This document shows positions 18,252 through 26,263 of a stretch of 39,764 nt of DNA, piece by piece (positions within the stretch are counted from its first letter, which is position 1; each line of letters opens with the position of its first letter). A program made the position numbers and the translations under genes. The DNA comes from an uncultured bacterium (GTDB taxonomy: Bacteria > Abyssobacteria > SURF-5), in contig CAZSKP010000041.1 of NCBI GenBank assembly GCA_964607485.1, forward strand, positions 1 to 39,764. The letters run 5' to 3'. The notes beneath the pieces were generated by a model. It saw only the letters and a program-made list of their open reading frames with translations. It made no database searches and had not been told where the DNA came from.

Positions 18252-19475
18252 TCACGCGGGCGAAATCCTCAGCTCGCCGCAAAGCTCGCGCAGAAAGGAC
18301 TCCGCATCGGTCACGACGCCCAGCGCCTGAAACGAGCCACGGTCGGCCAGCTTGGTCACCGTCGCCGGATTGATATCGACGCACACCGTCCTCACCGTCG
18401 CGGGGAGCAGGTTTCCCACGGCGACCGAATGAAGCGTCGTGGCAAGCATGAGGGTCACGCCGACCCCCTTTATCAATCTTCTCATTCCGCGCTGCGCTTC
18501 TATCACATCGGTGATGACGTCCGGCAGCGGGCCGTCATCGCGTATGGAACCGGCGAGGAGAAAGGGGATGTTGCGCTTGACGCACGCATGCATGATCCCT
18601 CTCGTGAGAACTCCCTGCTCGACGGCCTGCCTGATGCCGCCGCATTTCCTGATGGTGTTGATGGCGCGCATGTGATTCTCGTGTCCGTGTTCCGCGGGTA
18701 TCCCCTTGTCCAGATACACGCCGAGGGAGGTTCCGTACAGGGCGTACTCGATGTCGTGGACGGCCAACGCATTCCCCGCGAAGAGCACATCGACATAACC
18801 GGACTCTATCAGGCGGACGAAATTCGACACCGCGCCCGTGTGCACAATAGCCGGCCCGGCGACGACCAGTATTTTCTGGCTACGATAGCGCGCATCTTGA
18901 AAGAATCGGGTGATGTCCCTCACCACGGCGCCCTTCGGCTTCTCCGTGGATACGGCGCTCGACATGAAGCTGAAAACATCTTCTTTCGAGGGGCGTTCTG
19001 TCGGCGCGACTTTGACCCCACGGTGTCCCACCGCGAGGAGGTCGCCCTCTGAGACTTCGCCGATGGGGACGCAGGCGGCGTGCGTGCGGTCGGCGGAGAC
19101 GCGAATGCCGCAATCCATCTCCGGCCCGGCCACCTCGACCCACCGGCCGTCGAGCCGTATGAACGTCCGCCGGTTTGTCGTCGAGTAGAAGCCGTCGGGA
19201 AACACGCCGTCCTTCTCGACCTTTCTCAGCTCGCAGTCTTTTTCATCAACGAGCGTTGCGCCATGCTGCCGTATTCTCTTGAGCACTTTTTCGAGCGTGG
19301 CCTCGTCTTTCGCCGTGAGCCGTATGCGGGCGTAGGTCGGGTCATCCCTCTTCTTGCCGACGCTCAGGTCCTCGATGGTGAAATCGAGCTGGTGCTTCAC
19401 GATGTCGTCCAGAATCTTCGGGAGGAGAAGCGAGTCGATGATGTGACCGGATATCTCGACGGTTTCGCTGTACAT
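18252..19475 (-). CDS. TIGR00300 family protein (LOR/SDH-like; ornithine cyclodeaminase of ArgZ/AgrE C-terminal type)
   Basis: GHIIDSLLL, PDGFYSTTN, FSFMSSAVSTEK, GNALAVHDIE, LAGSIRDDGPLPD, LHSVAVGN, VTKLADRGS. Confidence 0.9.
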   Translation of the reverse strand: MYSETVEISGHIIDSLLLPKILDDIVKHQLDFTIEDLSVGKKRDDPTYARIRLTAKDEATLEKVLKRIRQHGATLVDEKDCELRKVEKDGVFPDGFYSTTNRRTFIRLDGRWVEVAGPEMDCGIRVSADRTHAACVPIGEVSEGDLLAVGHRGVKVAPTERPSKEDVFSFMSSAVSTEKPKGAVVRDITRFFQDARYRSQKILVVAGPAIVHTGAVSNFVRLIESGYVDVLFAGNALAVHDIEYALYGTSLGVYLDKGIPAEHGHENHMRAINTIRKCGGIRQAVEQGVLTRGIMHACVKRNIPFLLAGSIRDDGPLPDVITDVIEAQRGMRRLIKGVGVTLMLATTLHSVAVGNLLPATVRTVCVDINPATVTKLADRGSFQALGVVTDAESFLRELCGELRISPA

Positions 19476-19478
19476 CGC

Positions 19479-22463
19479 CTACAATTCCTCCAGCGGCGCA
19501 AAGCCGTGGCGCATGACGTTCTCGGTGACGGTCTGCGGAAGCATGAACTGCAACAGGTAATCCGGCCCTCCCGCCTTCGAGCCGATGCCGGACATCTTGA
19601 ATCCTCCGAACGGCTGGTGCCCGACTATCGCGCCCGTGATCTTGCGGTTAATGTAAAGGTTGCCGACCATGAAGCTGCGCCGCGCCAGCTCGATGTGCGC
19701 CGGCGTCCTCGAATACAACCCTCCCGTGAGGCCGTAGGACGTATCGTTGGCCACCCGCAGCGCCTCCTCGAAATCCTTGCATTTCAACACGGCCAGCACC
19801 GGCCCGAAGATTTCCTCCTGCGCCAACGCGCTCTCCGGGGCGACATCGGCAAACACGGTGGGCCCGACGTAGAAGCCGTCCTTCAGGTGCGACACGTCGG
19901 TTTCGAGCAGGCACCGCGATTCGCGCTTGCCCATATCAATATAACGCAGAACCTTCCCGAGCGCTTCTTCATCTATGAGCGGCCCGACCTGTGTCGCCGG
20001 GTCTTCGGCTGGCCCCACCCTGAGGCTCCTCGACGCCTCGACCAGACGGGGCAGGAAACTGTCGTGGACGCTTTCCAGAACGATGGCCCTCGACGCCGCC
20101 GAACACTTCTGGCCCTGGTAGCCGAATGCCGAGGCGACCACGCCCAGAACCGCCTGGTCGATGTCGGCGCTCTCGTCCACGATGACCGCGTTCTTCCCCC
20201 CCATCTCGGCCACCACCCTCTTAATACCCCGCCGCGAGGGATGCTCGGCGGCCAGCCGGTTGATGCGCTCGCCCACCTCGCGCGAGCCCGTGAACGCAAC
20301 GAAATCGACATCCGGACTCTTGACGAGATATTCGCCGATTGTCTCACCCGGGCCGGGCAGGAGGTTGACGACGCCCGGCGGAACGCCGGCTTCCTCGTAT
20401 ATCTGCATCAGACACATCGCGACGACCGGCGACTGTTCCGCCGGCTTTATGACGACAGCGTTCCCCGCCACGACCGCGGCGGAGGACATGCCCGTCAGGA
20501 TCGCGAGCGGGAAGTTCCACGGCGCAATGACGGCCCCCACCCCACGGGGTCGATAGACGTACTCGTTCCTCTCTCCCGGCAGACGGACGGTGGAGGGGTC
20601 GGCGCTGAGACGAATCATTTCGCCGCCGTAGTATCTGAGATAATCGATCGCCTCGGCGACGTCGGCGTCGGCCTCGCGCCAGACTTTGCCGACTTCGTAC
20701 ACCTCGAGCGCAGCCAGCTCGAAGCGTCTGCGGCTCATCAGGCTCGCGGCGCGGAAGAGCGCTTGGGCGCGCTCGCGGGGCGGCATACGCCCCCACGCTT
20801 CCAGGGCTGCTCGCGCGCGCTGCAGGGCGCGGTCGGCGTGCTTCGACGAGGCCTGCGCAACGCGTCCGACGACCTGGTCCTTGTGGGACGGATTTATCGA
20901 GTCCGCCGTCTCCGCCGTTTCCAGCTTCTCGCCGCCGATGATTATCGGACACGAAAAACCCAACGCCTGCCGCGCCCCGTCAAGCGCCGTTCTCATCCGC
21001 TGACGGAACGTCTCTCTGGAGAAATCGGCGACGGGCTCATTCACGAACGCTCTGTCTTCGCGCACAGATGGTCCGGCGGCCAGGGCTTTCTTTTTCCCGG
21101 CGTCGGCGGAGAGGGCCTCAGCGGGGTTCCGAAGCAGTTCCTCCGGCGACATGCCCATGAAGAAATCCTGACGCAGGAAGGACTCGTTCGAGGTGTTCTC
21201 CAAAATCCTCCTGACGAGGTAGGCGATTCCCGGCAACAGTTCGCCGAACGGAGTGTAAACCCTCAGGGGGTAGTTGGTCTTCAGGATCGCTTTCTTGATG
21301 GGGTCGCCCATGCCGTAGAGCATCTGGAATTCCAACTGCGACGGTTCGATGCCCAGCGACTCGGCGCAGGCCATCGCGTGCGCGACGCTCCTGATGTTGT
21401 GGCTGCCTATCGCTGTTCTGACCGTGGGGAAATGCCCCAGCAGGATCTCCGTGAGACGCTCGAAGCCGGCGTCGGTCTCCGCCTTCGAACCGAACACGGG
21501 CGTCGGCCAGCCCATCTGTTTCGCGTGGATGGTCTCGTAGTCCCAGTATGCGCCCTTCACCAGCCGGACGGTGACCGGACTCCCCCGGCGCTCCAGCCAG
21601 TCGAGCAGCTCGCGTACTATGCGCTCGGATTCGCGAAGATATGCCTGCACGACGATGCCCGCACGGGTAAAATCGCGAAATTCGTCCTCGTCGAGAGACT
21701 CTCGGAATATTTCCAGCGTCAGCTCGCAACGTTCATATTGCTCCATGTCAACATAGACGAACGCGCCGACCTCCTTCGCCACGCGGAATATCTCCCTGAG
21801 CCTCCGCTTCACGGCTTCCTTGCTGCCGGCGTCGTTGACGGGGTCGAACTGCGAGTACAGCGAGGAGAGCTTGAGCGAGATGTTCGGCGCGTCGCCGGCG
21901 GGGGCTTCCGATTCGAGCTCCTTCCACCCAGCCGATAATTGGCGGAGGGCGTCGATGTATGCGTCCATGTATCGGCCCGCCTCGGTCTCGCTCACGACGG
22001 CTTCGCCGAGCAGGTCGAGCGTGAATGTCATCCCTTGGCGCCGGATTTCCTTCAAGACTTCGAACGAATCCTCGATGTTCGCGCCCGCGATGAACCTCCG
22101 CGCGATTCTCATCATCATCGCTCGGGTCTCGTGCGAAAAAACCGACCGGGTGAGCGGCATGGGGCTGGACAGGTCGATTCCAATCCGCAGAAACGCCGGA
22201 AAGGCCCTTTCGGAACGAGGAAAGTACTGGCGCAGGTGGCTCACAAGCTGGCGAGAGGTGCGCAACGACGGGAGGACATCGACGAACCGAAGCAGTTGAG
22301 TCTTCATGGCCTCGTTCTTCATGCACCATTCAAGAATCTGATTCTCCCACCACTGCGACTCTAAGATCGAAAGGGTCTTTTCCTCGACATCGGAAAACAG
22401 CTCGAATCCGATCGCTTTCGTTCGCAATTCCACTTGTTTACCGTCCAGAGAAGGTGAGCGCAT
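19479..22463 (-). CDS. putA: bifunctional proline dehydrogenase / glutamate-semialdehyde (P5C) dehydrogenase
   Basis: PRODH motifs DLLGE, VRLVKGAYWD, FQMLYGM, YLVRRILEN; ALDH motifs PWNFP, EMGGKN, GQKCSA, EEIFGP; 994 aa, with no N-terminal RHH domain evident. Confidence 0.96.
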   Translation of the reverse strand: MRSPSLDGKQVELRTKAIGFELFSDVEEKTLSILESQWWENQILEWCMKNEAMKTQLLRFVDVLPSLRTSRQLVSHLRQYFPRSERAFPAFLRIGIDLSSPMPLTRSVFSHETRAMMMRIARRFIAGANIEDSFEVLKEIRRQGMTFTLDLLGEAVVSETEAGRYMDAYIDALRQLSAGWKELESEAPAGDAPNISLKLSSLYSQFDPVNDAGSKEAVKRRLREIFRVAKEVGAFVYVDMEQYERCELTLEIFRESLDEDEFRDFTRAGIVVQAYLRESERIVRELLDWLERRGSPVTVRLVKGAYWDYETIHAKQMGWPTPVFGSKAETDAGFERLTEILLGHFPTVRTAIGSHNIRSVAHAMACAESLGIEPSQLEFQMLYGMGDPIKKAILKTNYPLRVYTPFGELLPGIAYLVRRILENTSNESFLRQDFFMGMSPEELLRNPAEALSADAGKKKALAAGPSVREDRAFVNEPVADFSRETFRQRMRTALDGARQALGFSCPIIIGGEKLETAETADSINPSHKDQVVGRVAQASSKHADRALQRARAALEAWGRMPPRERAQALFRAASLMSRRRFELAALEVYEVGKVWREADADVAEAIDYLRYYGGEMIRLSADPSTVRLPGERNEYVYRPRGVGAVIAPWNFPLAILTGMSSAAVVAGNAVVIKPAEQSPVVAMCLMQIYEEAGVPPGVVNLLPGPGETIGEYLVKSPDVDFVAFTGSREVGERINRLAAEHPSRRGIKRVVAEMGGKNAVIVDESADIDQAVLGVVASAFGYQGQKCSAASRAIVLESVHDSFLPRLVEASRSLRVGPAEDPATQVGPLIDEEALGKVLRYIDMGKRESRCLLETDVSHLKDGFYVGPTVFADVAPESALAQEEIFGPVLAVLKCKDFEEALRVANDTSYGLTGGLYSRTPAHIELARRSFMVGNLYINRKITGAIVGHQPFGGFKMSGIGSKAGGPDYLLQFMLPQTVTENVMRHGFAPLEEL

Positions 22464-22537
22464 AGGGACTCAGATTACCCCGCGTTCTTGAAGAATCGAT
22501 AGCAAGATGAAGCGCAGAAGACGAGTCACAAGATTGA

Positions 22538-22566
22538 AGTCTAACAAAGAATTCTTCCCGCGTCAA
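22538..22566 (-). promoter_or_regulatory. sigma70-type promoter of the putA operon
   Basis: Minus strand TTGACG-N17-TAGACT with a TGn extension, 75 nt upstream of the start. Confidence 0.55.
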
Positions 22567-22686
22567 TTCGGGCGTTCGGGCGGGACCTCAGAATGACAGG
22601 CGAGCGGGGACGTGCCGCAAATTCATTCAATAAGATACTGGTGGATGGTCACAATCGCGTCTTGTGCATATAGACGCATGATGTAC

Positions 22687-22714
22687 GTAGGGGCGCACGG
22701 CAGTGCGCCCCTAC
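22687..22714. repeat. GTAG-type REP palindrome
   Basis: GTAGGGGCGCACGGCAGTGCGCCCCTAC. Confidence 0.8.
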
Positions 22715-22746
22715 AAGAGCTCACAAGAACAAGGTTGAAAAATGGC

Positions 22747-23829
22747 TCAGTGTTTCTTGAACGCCTCGCCGTGCTTGAGCTGTTTGAGGCTGGCCTCGAA
22801 ATCGAATCCCGTATAGACGGGGCAGCGCTCGTTGTGGCAGCGGAGGCAGACCTCTTTATCGGGAATCACCAGGCCGTGGCGGAAGCATTCGTCCCTGACG
22901 TCGTGGACGTCCAGTATCTTGGCCTTGGCCATCGTCTCGACGTAGCTGTAGCCCCACCCGTGACACATCTCGCACTGCACGCCTGCCAGGCCTTTGCGCG
23001 TGGGGTCGTCTATCTCGTAGCCGCCGGGCGCATGCAGGCCGGTTGCATGACATTCGAGGCATCTCTCGTCGCGGACGGGGTCGTCGGAGAATTTTTTTGC
23101 CAATTTCGTTTCGAGCACGGAGAAGGCGTTGATGTGCTTCACGATGACCCACGTCATCGCGGATTCGTCGGTCTTCACGTGGCAGAACGTGCATTTCTCC
23201 AGGCCGATGTACTCGCACTTGCTCTCCTTCTTGCCGTGCTTGATCATCTTCACCGCCTCTTCGAAATTGAATCCATCGAAGACAGGGCACTCCTTGTTGT
23301 GGCACTTGCGGCATGTCTGCTCGTTGGGTATCACGAGGCCTCTGCGGGTGCACTCCTTTGTGTCCAATTCGCGCTCTTGCGGCAAGGCGCGGGCCATTTC
23401 GCCGCGGTAGAGCTCGCCGGGCCCGTGGCACATCTCGCACTGCACGCCCTCAAACTCCTCCGCCATGGCCATGCGCAGCACATCCTCCGTCTGGACGGGG
23501 TCGGAAATCGTGCCGGTGATGTGACATTTCAGGCATTTGGGGTCTTCATCGGGGTTGTCCGAATATTTCTTGGCTTCGGGAGTGCGCAGGACAGCGAGGG
23601 CATTGGCGTGCTTGGTGATGGCCCACGTTCTGAGCGAATCGTCGAGGCGAACGTGACAGAAGGCGCACTTCTTCACGCCGACATAGACGCACGCCTCAGC
23701 TTTTTCCTCTTTTTCCGTTTTCTCCGGTTTCTCCTCCTGCGCTGCCTTCTCTTCGGCACAGGCGCTGGTAATAAGAAACAGCAGCGCGAATACCATGCAG
23801 GCGATACCGACCCACTTCTTCCCACGCAT
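22747..23829 (-). CDS. octaheme cytochrome c with two tandem cytochrome c554-like tetraheme domains, probable lipoprotein
   Basis: GGAGG RBS; signal ending ITSA-C; CAFCH, CLKCH, CEMCH, CRKCH | CTFCH, CLECH, CEMCH, CLRCH; Y(V/I)G..kC..CH and GVQCE.CHG motifs. Confidence 0.88.
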   Translation of the reverse strand: MRGKKWVGIACMVFALLFLITSACAEEKAAQEEKPEKTEKEEKAEACVYVGVKKCAFCHVRLDDSLRTWAITKHANALAVLRTPEAKKYSDNPDEDPKCLKCHITGTISDPVQTEDVLRMAMAEEFEGVQCEMCHGPGELYRGEMARALPQERELDTKECTRRGLVIPNEQTCRKCHNKECPVFDGFNFEEAVKMIKHGKKESKCEYIGLEKCTFCHVKTDESAMTWVIVKHINAFSVLETKLAKKFSDDPVRDERCLECHATGLHAPGGYEIDDPTRKGLAGVQCEMCHGWGYSYVETMAKAKILDVHDVRDECFRHGLVIPDKEVCLRCHNERCPVYTGFDFEASLKQLKHGEAFKKH

Positions 23830-23907
23830 TGCCAAGACCTCCCGTCTCAGTCCGCTCGCCCCTCCGGGCCGGGGACCGACCGTTCGGGCAAGCTTCTGTG
23901 TAAGTTT

Positions 23908-24105
23908 TTACGCACCGCTTGCGGTCTTACCTTTATCTTTGTGCCCCTCGGCGTGTGCGGCGCCGCCGCCGTTGAACGTGTCAACAATCGACTTGGCGAC
24001 GGCATACACGATGCTGGTCGTTATGGTAATCAGCACCGCGTAAAAGACGCCGAAGAATATCATATGGCCGGTGTCCCAACTAAACTCAAATATCGTAGGC
24101 CACAT
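23908..24105 (-). CDS. small single-pass membrane protein (65 aa)
   Basis: GGAG RBS; FEFSWDTGHMIFFG plus a hydrophobic helix; co-oriented directly after qrcD. Confidence 0.7.
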   Translation of the reverse strand: MWPTIFEFSWDTGHMIFFGVFYAVLITITTSIVYAVAKSIVDTFNGGGAAHAEGHKDKGKTASGA

Positions 24106-24166
24106 TATATATTCACTCCGTCTTTCCTAAAATACTCTGGCAATCCTTCAACCTTTTCTTGCCTCT

Positions 24167-24196
24167 TGTAGGGGCGCACGGCCGTGCGCCCCTACA
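24167..24196. repeat. GTAG-type REP palindrome
   Basis: TGTAGGGGCGCACGGCCGTGCGCCCCTACA, a perfect palindrome and near-identical to 22687-22714. Confidence 0.85.
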
Positions 24197-24228
24197 TCTG
24201 TGCCCATCAATATGGTTGTGACCATTTT

Positions 24229-25455
24229 CTAACCATTAAGCTCCGGTTCGCGCGGAAACAGGTGCAGGTATCGATACGCGAGCGAGAAGACAATCACGCC
24301 ATATCCCACCACCGCCGCAACAATCGACCATTCTTGCCAGGTCGGCGTGTACACCACGAATTTTTCAAAGGGCATCACGGGAATCGCCAGCGTCTGGATG
24401 GTAATGGAAAAGCGATTGATGACAATGCCCGCACACGTGAACAGACAGCCTATCACAAGCCAGAAATCGTTGTCCCGTGCCTTTGGTATCAACAGAATGA
24501 CTGCCGGAACCAGCCCGAAGAGGTAGAATTCGCAGAACAACAGCCACAATCCATACGGCGCCCGGTAGAAGCTCGTAAACCTGAATCCCTTCTCGGGCGC
24601 GGTGAAGTTCGCCCAGTAGATGGTGTCGGCGGCCTTGAGAACCAGGTAAACGCTGAGCAGGATGGCCGACAGCTTCGCGAGCTTGGAGAGGGTGGACCTG
24701 CTGACCAGTCGGCGGCGCGTCAGCTTCTGAGTGGTCCACACGACCAGCGTCGTCAACGCGGGGCCGGAAGCGATGGCCGACAATATGAACAAGAAGAACG
24801 TCCAGGGCCAGATCGCGACGCCGGTGCGATGCGAGAAGGGCCGCGCAAACAGGACGCCGAACATCCCCCCGAGCGAGCCCTGGTGGAAGAATGACAGGAA
24901 TGTGCCCACCAGTGCGAACACAACCATGATGCCGTGCAAATTCTCTCCCACGTATTTCAGGAACGGTATCTCGCGCAGTTTTTTGTTTTCGGCAATCAGA
25001 GGAACAAACTCGATGGTCAACACGAACAGGTAGAGCGTGATGCAGAAGATTACCTCGGTCAGCATCGAATGCACGTTGGCGTGCCAGAAGCTGAAATAGC
25101 CTCGCAGCGGCTGGCCGATGTCAACCGTCAACATGCCGATGGCGCCGCTGTAGCAGATGAACCCGATGACCACTGCCGCGCCGATCAGTTCCTTCAGCGA
25201 TTCGACGCGGAGGACGTAGTACAGGAACCCGCTGAAAAATGCGCCCGCCCCCAGCGCGATGACCGCGAGGTCGACCGTGATCCACAAGCCGAAGATGAAA
25301 TAGTTGTTCATCCCCGTCTGATTCAGCCCCTTGTACAGACACAGGAACGCCCCGTAAAGTCCCCACAGAAGGAGCAGCCCCCAAAAGGACAGCCACAGGA
25401 GGAACTTAGGCGTCGAGCACCTTTTCAGTTCCGGTAACTCGTGTCCCGAACTCAT
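24229..25455 (-). CDS. qrcD: menaquinone reductase integral membrane subunit (NrfD/PsrC family)
   Basis: About 10 TM; GLWITVDLAVIALGAGAFF, DIGQPLR, HSMLTEVIFC, SFFHQGSLGG, YTPTWQEW; last gene of the qrcABCD order. Confidence 0.88.
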   Translation of the reverse strand: MSSGHELPELKRCSTPKFLLWLSFWGLLLLWGLYGAFLCLYKGLNQTGMNNYFIFGLWITVDLAVIALGAGAFFSGFLYYVLRVESLKELIGAAVVIGFICYSGAIGMLTVDIGQPLRGYFSFWHANVHSMLTEVIFCITLYLFVLTIEFVPLIAENKKLREIPFLKYVGENLHGIMVVFALVGTFLSFFHQGSLGGMFGVLFARPFSHRTGVAIWPWTFFLFILSAIASGPALTTLVVWTTQKLTRRRLVSRSTLSKLAKLSAILLSVYLVLKAADTIYWANFTAPEKGFRFTSFYRAPYGLWLLFCEFYLFGLVPAVILLIPKARDNDFWLVIGCLFTCAGIVINRFSITIQTLAIPVMPFEKFVVYTPTWQEWSIVAAVVGYGVIVFSLAYRYLHLFPREPELNG

Positions 25456-25479
25456 GACGTAACTGTCGACTCCTTGCGG

Positions 25480-26256
25480 TTATAAGGAATGCGCCGGGTG
25501 CAATTCCAACGCGTCATTATCCGCCCATCTCCTGATCCAGTCGTGCGAGCTGAGGTAATAGACTTTAGGCTGGGTGTTCAGCTTCTCCAGCAGCCTGAAC
25601 GCCCGCGCGCTCTTGGCGAGGCCGGCCACTTCGTACTCGGCGTCGTTCAGGTCGCCGAAATGCATCGCCTCGACCGGACAGGCCTCCACGCACGCGGGAA
25701 CGTACTCGCCCTTCTCCAAGCGGCTCCGGCCTTGCTTGTGCGCCCTGTTCTTGGCCTTTATGTATCGATGAGAACAAAACGTGCACTTCTCCACCACGCC
25801 GCGCATCCTGGGAGCTACGTCGGGGTTGAGGTATTGCACAGTGTCGGCGGGCCAGACGGGGTCCCACCAGTTGAAACACCGGACCATATAAGGGCAGGCC
25901 GCCATGCAGTAGCGACAGCCGATGCAGCGGGTGTTTATCTGGTCCACGAGCCCCGTGCGCTTGTCGTAGTTGGTGGCGCTGGCGGGACAGACCGAGACGC
26001 AGGGGGTGTGCCGGTCACATTGCATGCAGGGGCGCGGGATGTGGGCCACGCGTATGTTGGGATACTCGGCACCGTTGGTGATCTTGTAAATGCGCAGCCA
26101 CGCGATGTTGCGCGACTTATCGCTTTCGTCGGCCCTGAACGGGACGTTATTCTCCATGTGGCAGGCGACTGCGCAGTTGCCGCAGCCGGTGCACCTGTCC
26201 AGGTCTATTGTCATTCCGTACCGAATGACCGATTGTCGGGGAGAATCCTCACTCAT
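25480..26256 (-). CDS. qrcC: menaquinone reductase iron-sulfur subunit (NrfC/DmsB family)
   Basis: CTGCGNCAVAC, CMQC..PCVSVCP, CIGCRYCMAACP, KCTFC..ACVEACP; PRMRGVVEKC. Confidence 0.88.
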   Translation of the reverse strand: MSEDSPRQSVIRYGMTIDLDRCTGCGNCAVACHMENNVPFRADESDKSRNIAWLRIYKITNGAEYPNIRVAHIPRPCMQCDRHTPCVSVCPASATNYDKRTGLVDQINTRCIGCRYCMAACPYMVRCFNWWDPVWPADTVQYLNPDVAPRMRGVVEKCTFCSHRYIKAKNRAHKQGRSRLEKGEYVPACVEACPVEAMHFGDLNDAEYEVAGLAKSARAFRLLEKLNTQPKVYYLSSHDWIRRWADNDALELHPAHSL

Positions 26257-26263
26257 ACGTTCC

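Noticed and set aside
19080-21938. 952-aa plus-strand ORF
   Set aside because: Antisense shadow of putA and the TIGR00300 gene, typical of GC-rich codon bias; no recognisable motifs.
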